Assembly (NCBI GenBank): GCA_002269645.1 | Contig: NIVC01000567.1 | Span: 372,001 to 436,000, forward strand | Direction of reading: 5' to 3' | Length of the DNA stretch: 64,000 nucleotides | Source: Macrostomum lignano | Taxonomy: Eukaryota | In this document: positions 51,168 to 64,000 of the stretch, one piece after another | Layout of the letters: each line of letters opens with the position of its first letter | Numbering within the stretch: the stretch's first letter is position 1 | Position numbers and translations under genes: made by a program | The notes under the pieces: generated by a model | Told to the model about the DNA's origin: nothing | The model's database searches: none | The model's input: the letters and a program-made list of their open reading frames with translations, nothing else

Positions 51168-51209
51168 CAATAGTAGTAGTTGTAGTAGTGGTAGTAGTAG
51201 TAGTAGCAA

Positions 51210-51272
<63 letters not shown>

Positions 51273-51275
51273 CAA

Positions 51276-51314
<39 letters not shown>

Positions 51315-51386
51315 CAATAGTAGTAGTAGTAGTAGTTGTTGTTGTGGTAGTAGTAGTTGTAGTAGTAGTAGTAGTAGTAGTAGCAA

Positions 51387-51422
<36 letters not shown>

Positions 51423-51472
51423 CAATAGTAGTAGTTGTAGTAGTGGTAGTAGTAGTAGTAGTAGTAGCAATA

Positions 51473-51517
<45 letters not shown>

Positions 51518-54500
51518 CAATAGTAGTAGTAGTGGTAGTAGTAGTTGTAGTAGTAGTACATACAATAGTAGTAGTATTGAAGTGTAGTAGTATTGTAGCA
51601 GTATTTTCAATTGATTTCGATTCTTGGAAATCTACTTCAGTTAGAATCCTTCGTTTTCTAAAAGTTTGCTTTACTCGTAAATGTAAGAGTGATTAAAAAA
51701 TTGCTTGCTATAAAATATTGAACTTCCTTTTCTGGAGCAAAAGTTTTTATTTTCGTACTTTTTGGCTGGCACTTTAATGGTTAGGTCGTAGTGTGAGCGA
51801 TTATAACTCATTCATGTATTAAATTTCCTGTGGCATTAATACGCTTTAAAATAGTGCTATTAGGTTACTGTCAGTCAGAGAAGGAGTTTAGTTAGCTGCA
51901 AGTATTTATTCAGTTGTGTGACCTGAAAAAATCCAACTATTTTACTAAAGTCTACTCTGGAAAATCCCAGTTGAGTTAAGCTGTTCTTAGTTGAATCGGT
52001 AACTGGATTGTGTGTGGGCGTTGTACGTTAGAGCTAACTGGCAAGATGACATTGTTAGCTGGCAAAATGGCATTGCTAGCTGATAAAATGGCTAGCTGAT
52101 AGCTGATAAAATGGCATTGCTAGCTGATAAAATGGCAGATCTGACCATATTCGCAACTCAAAATTAACCCAAGTGTGCTCAACCCAACCCTCAGAGCTGT
52201 CACTCATCACTCTGCACTGGTTTCTCACTCTCTTCGCCGGTGTACTGCCGGTACGGATCCTGCTGCGAGTGTGGGATCAGTTCTTCTGCGAAGGCTCCAT
52301 AGTGCTGTTCCAGACTACGGTGGCCATTTTGAAACTGCATGTAAGCTTTTTTACTCCTTTTTCTCACGTTTTATGTGGGGCATGAGATTTGAAGCTGAAA
52401 TAGTGAGATTTGAAGCCTCAAGAATGAGATTTGAAGCCTCAAGGATGAGATTTGAAGCTGAAAGGATGAGATTTGAAGCTGAAAGGATGAGATTTGAAGC
52501 TGAAAGGATGAGATTTGAAGCCTCAAGAATGAGATTTGAAACTAAAAGGATGAGATTTGAAGCCTCAAGGATGAGATTTGAAGCTAAAAGGACGAGATTT
52601 AAAGCTAACAGGATGAGATTTGAAGCTTAAAGGATGAGATTTGAAGCTGAAAGGGTCAGAGTTGAAGCTTAAAGGATGAGATTTGAAGCTGAACGGTCAG
52701 AGTTGAAGCTTAAAGGATGAGATTTGAAGCTGAAAGGGTCAGAGTTGAAGCTTAAAGGATGAGATTTGAAGCTGAACGGTCAGAGTTGAAGCTTAAAGGA
52801 TGAGATTTGAAGCTGAACGGTCAGAGTTGAAGCTTAAAGGATGAGATTTGAAGCTGAAAGGGTCAGAGTTGAAGCCTCAAGGGTGAGATTTGAAGCTGAA
52901 AAGGTCAGAGTTGAAGCCTCAAGGATGAGATTTGAAGCTGAAAAGGTCAGAGTTGAAGCCTCAAGGATGAGATTTGAAGCTGAAAAGGTCAGAGTTGAAG
53001 CCTCAAGGATGAGATTTGATGCTGAAAAGGTCAGAGTTGAAGCCTCGAGAATGAGATTTGAAGCTACAGAGATGCAACTGGTAGGCTAAGTGTAGAATAG
53101 TAGCAAAGGAATCAGAACAGCTAATATTGTTGCAAATGTTCAATAGGCTCAAAACTTCAGAAAAAAATCTGAACTCAAGTTCAGTTAGTTCACAAGATCC
53201 TTGAAGGCGGCAACACAGGTTGTTAATCCGATTTTCAACTTTTTATTGCCCAAAGGTCATAATATTGTTTTATAACCCCTACCGCGGTTTGTTCCTTGAG
53301 ATTTTTATGGCCAGAAAACCAAAAACATACATTTGTAATATGACTTCGTCGTTTAGGCATGAAAATTAGATTTTTCCGAGCTACTGAAAGTAGTGTAGTT
53401 TTAGTAATTTTTCTTTCTCTAAGGCTCTACCGCTAAACAATAAAGCGGGTATATTGTGTGGGTGAAATTTATTTAGCTTAGTTTTCTTTCTCTTGGAGTA
53501 AAGTCAGCTATACTGGCAGATAAAACAGAGACAGATACTCGTACTAAGAGCGGAAAGAGAATGGGGATTAAGGAGTTGAGGGAATTTTGTCGTCACCGTG
53601 TGTTTGTACTTTCGCGCATGTGTAGGGAGTGGGCGGTGAAGTGTGAGACGAGCTGCCAGTACAGAGCAGACCAGCTCAATTCCGGAGAATAAAATCTATA
53701 TAAGAAGAGATCTGCTAGAAGAAGAAAACCTTTCTATTCTGTTCATTCATTGATTACCAGGAAGCCGAGTTGAAAAGTTTAGAAAACACGGCAGAGATTT
53801 TCAACTGCTTGTCCTCGGCCCCGACAAGAATAGGCGATATCGACTGCCTGCTGGAGGCCCTGAACAGCAGAATCTGTCTGCCTATCAATCAGTCGACTGT
53901 GACAGCCTTGCGTGGTCGGTTCACCGCCGCCCTAATGGCTGATGAAGGCGGCATTATCAGCATCCATTCGGTGCCTAATTTGCCTAAACAGGTGAGGCTT
54001 ATCTATCTTCCATTTGGGTTTGTCGTAAAATGTAATTCTAATTCATTAAGTGACGCAAGATGCGCTTTAATCTTATCCAACCGGCACCACAGAAGCTGAA
54101 CAAGCGGCAGATTGCTCGGTCCCGCTTCGTCATCTCCTCGTTGCTATGGGGCAGCGAGAGCAACGGAGTTGGCGGCCCCGGGTCGCCAGAGGATCAGGAG
54201 AAGGCGAAGAATGTTCGCCAAACAGAACTGCTGGTGACTCTGCGCGATGCCATTCATCAGATTGGTCGGCACTTCAAGCAGCACGATGCAAAGCACTCCA
54301 ATATAGTGCTGCAGGCTGACTATGGACTGGAGAGCCACGCCCAGGACCTGGAGCACTATGTTCAGGTTTGAAAATGGGCTGATTTTGTTTTAACTAATCA
54401 TAACGAGTCAGATTTCTAAGAATCCCTTGTTTTTTCGTGTTCTTTAAAATGATCTTTCGGTTTGTAAGAAGCTTTTTCTTGTTAAAAAATGTTTGTTTCT

Positions 54501-57500
54501 AAGAATTCTAAGATTTTTGTTAATATTTTCATTGTGTAAAATATTCATTGTGTATATTTTTAAGAATAAGTTTTTTTTCAAAAAATCTTTTTATGATTTT
54601 TAAAAATCTTGTTTGGTTTCTAAGAATCTTTTTTGATTTCTAAGAATCTTTTTTGATTTCTAAGAATCTTTTTTGATTTCTAAGAATCTTTTTTTGATTT
54701 CTAAGAATCTTTTTTGATTTCTAAGAATCTTTCTTGATTTCTAGGAATATTTTTTGATTTCTAAGAATCTTTCTTGATTTCTAGGAATATTTTTTGATTT
54801 CTAAGAATCTTTCTTGATTTCTAAGAATCTTTTTTGATATCTAAAAATCTTTCTTGATTTCTAGGAATATTTTTTTGATTTCTAAGACTCTTTCTTGATT
54901 TCTAGGAATATTTTTTTGATTTCTAAGAATCTTTCTTGATTTCTAAGAATCTTTTCGATTTCTAAGAATATTTCTTGATTTCTAAAAATCTCTCTTGATT
55001 TCTAAGAATCTTTTCGATTTCTAAGAATCTTTCTTGATTTTTAGGAATCTTCTTGATTTTTAAGAATCTTTCTTGATTTCTAAAATTTTTTTTTTGATTT
55101 CTAAGAATCTTTTGATTTCTAACAATATTTCTTGATTTCTTAGAACCTTTTTTGATTTCTAAGAATCTTTTTGATTTCTAAGAATCTTTTTGATTTTTAA
55201 GAATCCTTTTTGATTTCTAAGAATCTTTTGGTTTATAAAAATTTTTAGTAGATTTCTAAAAATCTTTTTTGGTCTCGAAGATTTTTTTGCTTTCTAAGAA
55301 TCTTTTGGTATCCATGAATCTTACAGATTTCGAAGAATCGTTTTGATTTCTAAGAATTCTAGAATTTCTTTGAATCGGGGTATTTTTAAACATCTTTGAT
55401 TGTTTAAAAAATTCAATTGCTACGAAGCTCTTAAGAATTAAGATTTTCAAACGATTGCTTATTGCTAAGTTTCTAGGATTTAAAAATGTTTCTATAAGAA
55501 TTTGTTTAGATTTCTAGGAAAACTTAGTAGAGTTTTAGAATGATATATACTCGTATATTTTTTCTAAGAAAATACTTGAGAGTTTCAAAGAATCTAATGA
55601 ATCCACTCCAGGTGGCCAGAGGTCGCCGCAGGCGAGTGAAAGCTCTGCTCGACTTTGAGCGTCACGACGATGACGAGCTGGGGTTCCGCAAGAACGACAT
55701 CATCACCGTGATCTCAATGCGGGACGAGCACTGCTGGGTTGGCGAACTCAATGGCCTTCGAGGCTGGTTCCCCGCTAAGTTTGTTGAGCTACTCGACGAA
55801 CGTTCGAAAGACTATTCATCAGCTGGGGACGATTCGGTGAATGAGGGCATCACGGATCTGGTGAGGGGGGTGTTCTGTCCGGCATTCAAGGAGGTGTTTG
55901 AGCACGGATTGAAGCGCAGTCACCTGCTGGGCGGCACAGCGCACCCCTGGCTGTTTGTCGAGGAGGCCTCGGCCAAGGAGGTTGAGAAGGACTTCAACTC
56001 CGTGTATTCGAGGCTGGTGTTGTGTAAAACCTTCCGTCTGGATGAGGACGGGAAGGTGCTCACTCCTGAGGAGATTCTGTATCGTGTGAGTGCGGTTTGG
56101 GTGTTTATTAATTACCTGAAAGAATGAGGATTTCAGTTGGGATAATTACCTGACAGAATGGGGATTTCAGTTGGGATAATTACCTGACAGAATGGGGATT
56201 TCAGTTGGGATAATTACCTGGGAGAATGGGGATTTCAGTTGGTATAATTACCTGACAGAATGGGGATTTCAGTTGGGATAATTACCTGACAGAATGGGGA
56301 TTTCAGTTGGGATAATTACCTGAGAGAATGGGGATTTCAGTTGGAATTATTACCTGACAGAATGAGGATTTCAGTTGGGATAATTACCTGGGAGAATGGG
56401 GATTTCAGTTGGGATAATTACCTGGGAGAATGGGGATTTCAGTTGGGATAATTACCTGACTTATTAGTAATCTTCAATTATCCCACGCAGGCGGTGCAGA
56501 CGGTAAATCTGACTCATGACGCCGCTCACGCTCAGATGGACGTCAAATTTCGTTCCCTAATGTGCTACGGCCTCAATGAACAGGTGCTTCATCTGTGGCT
56601 TGAGGCGCTCTGCAGCTGCGAAGATGTGGTTAAGAAATGGTACCACTCTTGGTCGTTTCTGCGCAGCCCGGGCTGGGTGCAGATCAAGTGTGAGCTTAGG
56701 TGAGTTCGCTGTTTGTTTCAGTGACCAATAATGACAGTGAGTGAATCAGTGACCAATAATGACAGTGAATCAGTGACCAATATTGACAGTGAATCAGTGA
56801 CCAATAATGACAGGAAATCAGTGACATGACAGTGAATCAGTGACCAATAACTGAATTGAATAAGTGACCAATAGTAAGCAGTGAATCAGTAACCAATAGT
56901 GACAGTGAATCAGTGACCAATAGTAAGCAGTGAATCAGTAACCAATAGTAAGCAGTGAATCAGTGACCAATAAAGACAGTGAGTCAGTGACCAATAATGA
57001 CAGGAAATCAGTGACATGACAGTGAATCAGTGACCAATAACTGAATTGAATAAGTGACCAATAGTGACAGTGAATCAGTGACCAAAAGTGACAGTGAATC
57101 AGTGACTAATAGTAAGCAGTGAATCAGTGACCAATAGTAAGCAGTGAATCAGTGACCAATAAAGACAGTGAGTCAGTGACCAATAATGACAGGAAATCAG
57201 TGACATGACAGTGAATCAGTGACCAATAACTGAATTGAATAAGTGACCAATAGTGACAGTGAATCAGTAACCAATAGTAAGCAGTGAATCAGTGACCAAT
57301 AAAGACAGTGAGTCAGTGACCAATAATGACAGGAAATCAGTGACATGACAGTGAATCAGTGACCAATAACTGAATTGAATAAGTGACCAATAGTGACAGT
57401 GAATCAGTGACCAAAAGTGACAGTGAATCAGTGACTAATAGTAAGCAGTGAATCAGTGACCAATAGTAAGCAGTGAATCAGTGACCAATAGTAAGCAGTG

Positions 57501-58327
57501 AATCAGTGACCAATAGTAAGCAGTGAATCAGTGACCAATAGTAAGCAGTGAATCAGTAACCAATAGTAAGCAGTGAATCAGTAACCAATAGTAAGCAGTG
57601 AATCAGTGACCAATAGTAAGCAGTGAATCAGTGACCAATAGTAAGCAGTGAATCAGTGACCAATAGTGACAGTGAATCAGTGACCAATAGTGACAGTGAA
57701 TCAGTGACCAATAATGACAGTGAATCAGTGACCAATAGTGACAGTGAATCAGTGACCAATAATGACTGTGAATCAGTGACCAATAGTGACAGTGAATCAG
57801 TGACCAATAGTGACAGTGAATCAGTGACCAATAATGACTGTGAATCAGTGACCAATAGTGACAGTGAATCAGTGACTAATAATGACAGTGAATCAGTGAC
57901 CAATAATGACGGTGAATCAGTGACCAATAGTGACAGTGAATCAGTGACCAATAATGACGGTGAATCAGGGACCAATAGTGACAGTGAATCAGTGACTAAT
58001 AATGACAGGGAATCAGTGACCAATAATGACAGTGAATCAGTGACCAATAATGACAGTGAATCAGTGACCAAAAACTGACTTAGTGACCAATAACTGATTT
58101 GAATAAGTGACCAATAGTAAGCAGTGAATCAGTGACCAATATTGAGGACAACTCAATGCCCGAATTCCCCCCCCACTCGCAGACTGCTGGCCCAGTTCGC
58201 ATTCCGATTAAACATTCTTTACGAGCTGCCCAAAGGCAAGGTGACCAAGGACACCAAGGTGGGCATTCGTGAGGACGTGCGCGACATGCTGATCAAGCAC
58301 CACCTGTTCAGCTGGGAGCTGGACTAG
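46929..58327 (+). CDS. SGSM3: Small G protein signalling modulator 3 (TBC Rab-GAP + SH3 + RUN), 10 exons
   Basis: Exons 46929-47030, 47126-47192, 47780-48228, 48973-49303, 52195-52340, 53761-53991, 54093-54365, 55612-56085, 56491-56699 and 58183-58327. Motifs [49 protein letters not shown] and [10 protein letters not shown]. Confidence 0.95.
47200..47600. repeat. ~20-bp minisatellite, SGSM3 intron 2
   Basis: tatcttccccatatccccatc units. Confidence 0.85.
48237..48795. repeat. 28-29-bp minisatellite with an RFX X-box core, SGSM3 intron 3
   Basis: About 20 units of gttgctatggtaacattaatccaaactt. Confidence 0.9.
49310..51600. repeat. 2.3-kb interrupted (AGT)n microsatellite, SGSM3 intron 4
   Basis: Starts 6 nt after the donor at 49304. 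Confidence 0.97.
52380..53070. repeat. 21-bp minisatellite, SGSM3 intron 5
   Basis: gagatttgaagctgaaaggat units. Confidence 0.9.
54610..55500. repeat. ~20-bp minisatellite, SGSM3 intron 7
   Basis: gatttctaagaatctttttt units. Confidence 0.9.
56108..56460. repeat. 34-bp minisatellite, SGSM3 intron 8
   Basis: gaatggggatttcagttgggataattacctgaca units. Confidence 0.9.
56718..58142. repeat. ~24-bp minisatellite, SGSM3 intron 9
   Basis: cagtgaatcagtgaccaatagtga units with higher-order blocks. Confidence 0.9.
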
Positions 58328-59684
58328 CTTCTCTGCGCGTTTTCAGAGTACTTTTTAACATCGAGATCTATGTGTAGTGTTTGTATTTGTCGTGAACTAT
58401 GCATATGCACAGTAAATATTGATTTTCGGATTCGGAACCCATTGACTACCGATATGTTGCGATAATAGCTTTAATGTGGGTGAGATCTAAGAAAAAATTC
58501 TCTATTTAAGGTTGTTGCAATAACCTACTACCGATATGTAGCGATAATAGCTTGATGTGGGTGAACTTAAAGAAAAATATCCCTGTAAGACTTTTTTTCC
58601 AAAAATTGACTACCGATATGTATAATTGATAACTTTAGAGCGAATGTTCCTAATAAAAAAATTCAAGCAATCTACCGTTGAGATGTTTCGATAGCAACTT
58701 TAAAAAACAAATTTCTTTAGAAAAATTGTTTTTTTAAGTTGCTGTTAAGTTGCTTAGTTTCAAATAGCACCTACCGATATGTTGAGAAAATATCTTTTCA
58801 AAGGCGAATTTTTCTTCATGGCATGGAGTTGGAGGTTTCTGATGCATAATCTGTTTGGACACGAGTTCTGCACCTTTGACTACTTATTAAGCTCTACTGT
58901 TCAATGCTCTGAATCATGACTTACTTATTAATTCGATGTTAACCCAATGGTCAGATCTAGTCCCAATTTTATAGCTATCGGCTTGTATGATGTCCACCCA
59001 CTTTGGACAAAAAATCTCATTCCTAATATTTTGTGTTTACTGCCATATTTTCAATTAGTATAAATGTTATAATTCCGCCAGCAAGCCATGACAAGCTACT
59101 GACACATGCCATTCATTTCTTTGACTTCCAAAAAACAACGCAGATAATTTAATCTAAGTAGTATGCACGAGACCTATCCATTATTTTTCTCTCTTTGCAA
59201 ACATTTCCATTAGTTTTGTTTTCATTTATTCTAATGGATTCATTTCATGCTTTCGCATAACAAATTCTGATTCATTTTCCTGTTTCCCTTGTTATACTAC
59301 TCGCGGTTAACGAAAAATGCGTTTGTTAGTAGCATAAGATGCGCACAAATTGTGTGTTGTTATTTATTTAATTATATTATTTATGTTGTTATTTTTGGCA
59401 TTTGTTGTTACGGTAACCTGGCATACTCTTCTGAAGCTATTTGTCCTGTTTTTTCTCTCTTCGACTCTGTTCCTGCCTAGAATTTACATGTCTCCTGCGT
59501 CCGTTGTCATGGATACGGACTGCCTATCGAGTTTCGGTGTCACAATCAGAACAATAAAATACATTATTTGTTTGTCTGTTTAATGGTACTTGTTTTGCTC
59601 AGACAAACTTTTGCGCCCATGTTAATTATATTTTAATGTCTGATAGTTGTCATGTGTTGTAACTCTTTTCATGACCCTGTGCAT

Positions 59685-60520
59685 TCTCTCAGATCCTCAG
59701 TTGCTGGGCCAGCTTCCCAGATCCTCAGTTGCTGGGCCAGCTTCCCAGATCCTCAGTTGCTGGGCCAGCTTCCCAGATCCTCAGTTGCTGGGCCACCAGC
59801 CTTCCAGATCCTCAGTTGCTGGTCCAGCCTCCCAGGTCCTCAGTTGCTGGGCCAGCTTCCCAGATCCTCAGTTGCTGGGCCAGCTTCCCAGATCCTCAGT
59901 TGCTGGGCCAGCCTCCCAGATCCTCAGTTGCTGGGCTGGCAGCCTCCCAGGTCCTCAGTTGCTGGGCCAGCCTCCCAGATCCTCAGTTGCTGGGCCAGCC
60001 TCCCAGATCCTCAGTTGCTGGGCCAGCTTCCCAGATCCTCAGTTGCTGGGCCAGCCTCCCAGATCCTCAGTTGCTGGTCCAGCCTCCCAGATCCTCAGTT
60101 GCTGGGCCAGCCTCCCAGATCCTCAGTTGCTGGTCCAGCCTCCAAGATCCTCAGTTGCTGGTCCAGCCTCCAAGATCCTCAGTTGCTGGGCCAGCCTCCC
60201 AGATCCTCAGTTGCTGGGCCAGCCTCCCAGATCCTCAGTTGCTGGGCCAGCCTCCCAGATCCTCAGTTGCTGGGCCAGCCTCCCAGATCCTCAGTTGCTG
60301 GTCCAGCCTCCCAGATCCTCAGTTGCTGGTCCAGCCTCCCAGATCCTCAGTTGCTGGGCCAGCCTCCAAGATCCTCAGTTGCTGGTCCAGCCTCCAAGAT
60401 CCTCAGTTGCTGGTCCAGCCTCCCAGATCCTCAGTTGCTGGGCCAGCCTCCAAGATCCTCAGTTGCTGGTCCAGCCTCCAAGATCCTCAGTTGCTGGTCC
60501 AGCCTCCAAGATCCCCAGCC
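59685..60520. repeat. 28-bp minisatellite between the convergent SGSM3 and GMPPA genes
   Basis: About 30 copies of ttgctgggccagcctcccagatcctcag. Confidence 0.92.
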
Positions 60521-61645
60521 TCCCAAATTGAGCTGTACGCGTATTTCTCTGTCTGTCCTTTGTTTTATGGTTTATCAAATATTCTTATACAGTTCTGCAT
60601 TGTATATTTGAGCTATATATATATATATATATTCTGTACTACTATTCTTATTTACTAAATGCACATTTATATCTATATATATGAGATATTATACTCATTA
60701 TGTAAAATCGAAGCAAACAGTTAAACCCAATATTTTCTCAACTTATGCTTCTCATTAATTTCTGTGAAATCAAATTTTCATTTCAGAGAAGAAAATGTGT
60801 GATCTACAATAAATTGAATTAAAATATCATAATATATTTTATTTACGGTGGCAGCTGGTTGCGAAATTCAGATTATAATATTTAGTATATGGATTATTAA
60901 TAAACAGCAAAATTTTGAATTACTAACAGCGAACTAAAAACATTTATGATAAATTTATTTTGTACGTGACTTTACTATCACTGTTTTTTTTAAATATTAT
61001 TGTTGTAAAAAAATAATCAACACAGAAGACAGAATGAAAATTTTCAATTTGATTGGATAGGAAACCTTGCCTTGTATTGATATATAGTGACCAATCCTTG
61101 TATAATGGTATAAAAAGTTCTTCTATGGTCTATGGCCAGACCCGCAAGTATTGAATAAACAAAAGTACATTTTGTGAAGTATAGAAACCTTGTAGTTTGA
61201 TTTGATAGGCACATTTAATCCGTACATAATGATGAATTTGTATAACTCAAAACCAATAATTGATCGCGTCACTTTAATGCCAAAGTGAAGCAGGCTATTA
61301 AGTAAAACAAAAAATAGGAGGATTAAGAAATGAGAATGTGATAGAAGAAAGGTGAAAAAAATATATAAAAACACAAAGGCACTTGGCAACAACAACAGCA
61401 GCAGCAGAAGAATAAGAAGCAACTCACCTGGAGAAGCTCAGTAGGAATATTGTTTACATGTTTATCAATAAATAAAAATTCAAAATGACCATCTATTGGA
61501 TAGAGGAAAAACTGTAAACTTGATAAAAAGATTTGCGTGCTAAGGCCAAAAATATTATTCTAAACACACTACTGAACCAACCAAATTGCCAACAGTAGTA
61601 TCTGGAGAGGATTAAGTTATTAATAAATCTTGTCAACCTCCAATT

Positions 61646-64000
<2,355 letters not shown>

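Noticed and set aside
48925-51610. 800-aa poly-Y/T/L and poly-S/V ORFs
   Set aside because: These are frames of the (AGT)n microsatellite inside SGSM3 intron 4.
59647-60658. ~300-aa ORFs on both strands
   Set aside because: They come from a stop-free 28-bp tandem repeat open in multiple frames.

Overview
Eukaryotic (invertebrate) genomic DNA. It has GC-rich exons, AT-rich introns with canonical GT-AG sites, and heavy tandem-repeat and transposon content. The style resembles a free-living flatworm such as a macrostomorph, but that is inference only. Genes reconstructed by splicing exons by eye: a partial sushi/CCP-like Cys-rich extracellular protein (+), an intronless NYN/PIN (Regnase/PRORP-type) ribonuclease (+), a divergent intronless eS24/RPS24 (+), a GPI-anchored Ly6/three-finger protein (+), a 12-exon ionotropic glutamate receptor/IR-like channel (+), an uncharacterised Lys/Ala/Pro-rich protein (+), an ARHGAP18/28-like RhoGAP with an in-frame UGA (-), a sesquipedalian/PHETA-like PH protein (-), a complete 10-exon SGSM3 (+) and the 3' part of GMPPA (-). 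Mobile DNA includes two hAT-type MITEs with 8-bp TSDs, a mariner-type MITE with TA TSD, two SINE families and decayed LINE pieces. Most long ORFs in the supplied track are translations of non-coding mini/microsatellites. The items most worth a second look are the stand-alone NYN RNase (its 5' end is copied inside a neighbouring hAT element and it has a perfect downstream hairpin), a satellite of RFX X-boxes in an SGSM3 intron, a receptor gate motif that is only restored by a non-canonical AT-AC-like junction, the RhoGAP UGA, and a sharply bounded CpG-depleted transposon block.
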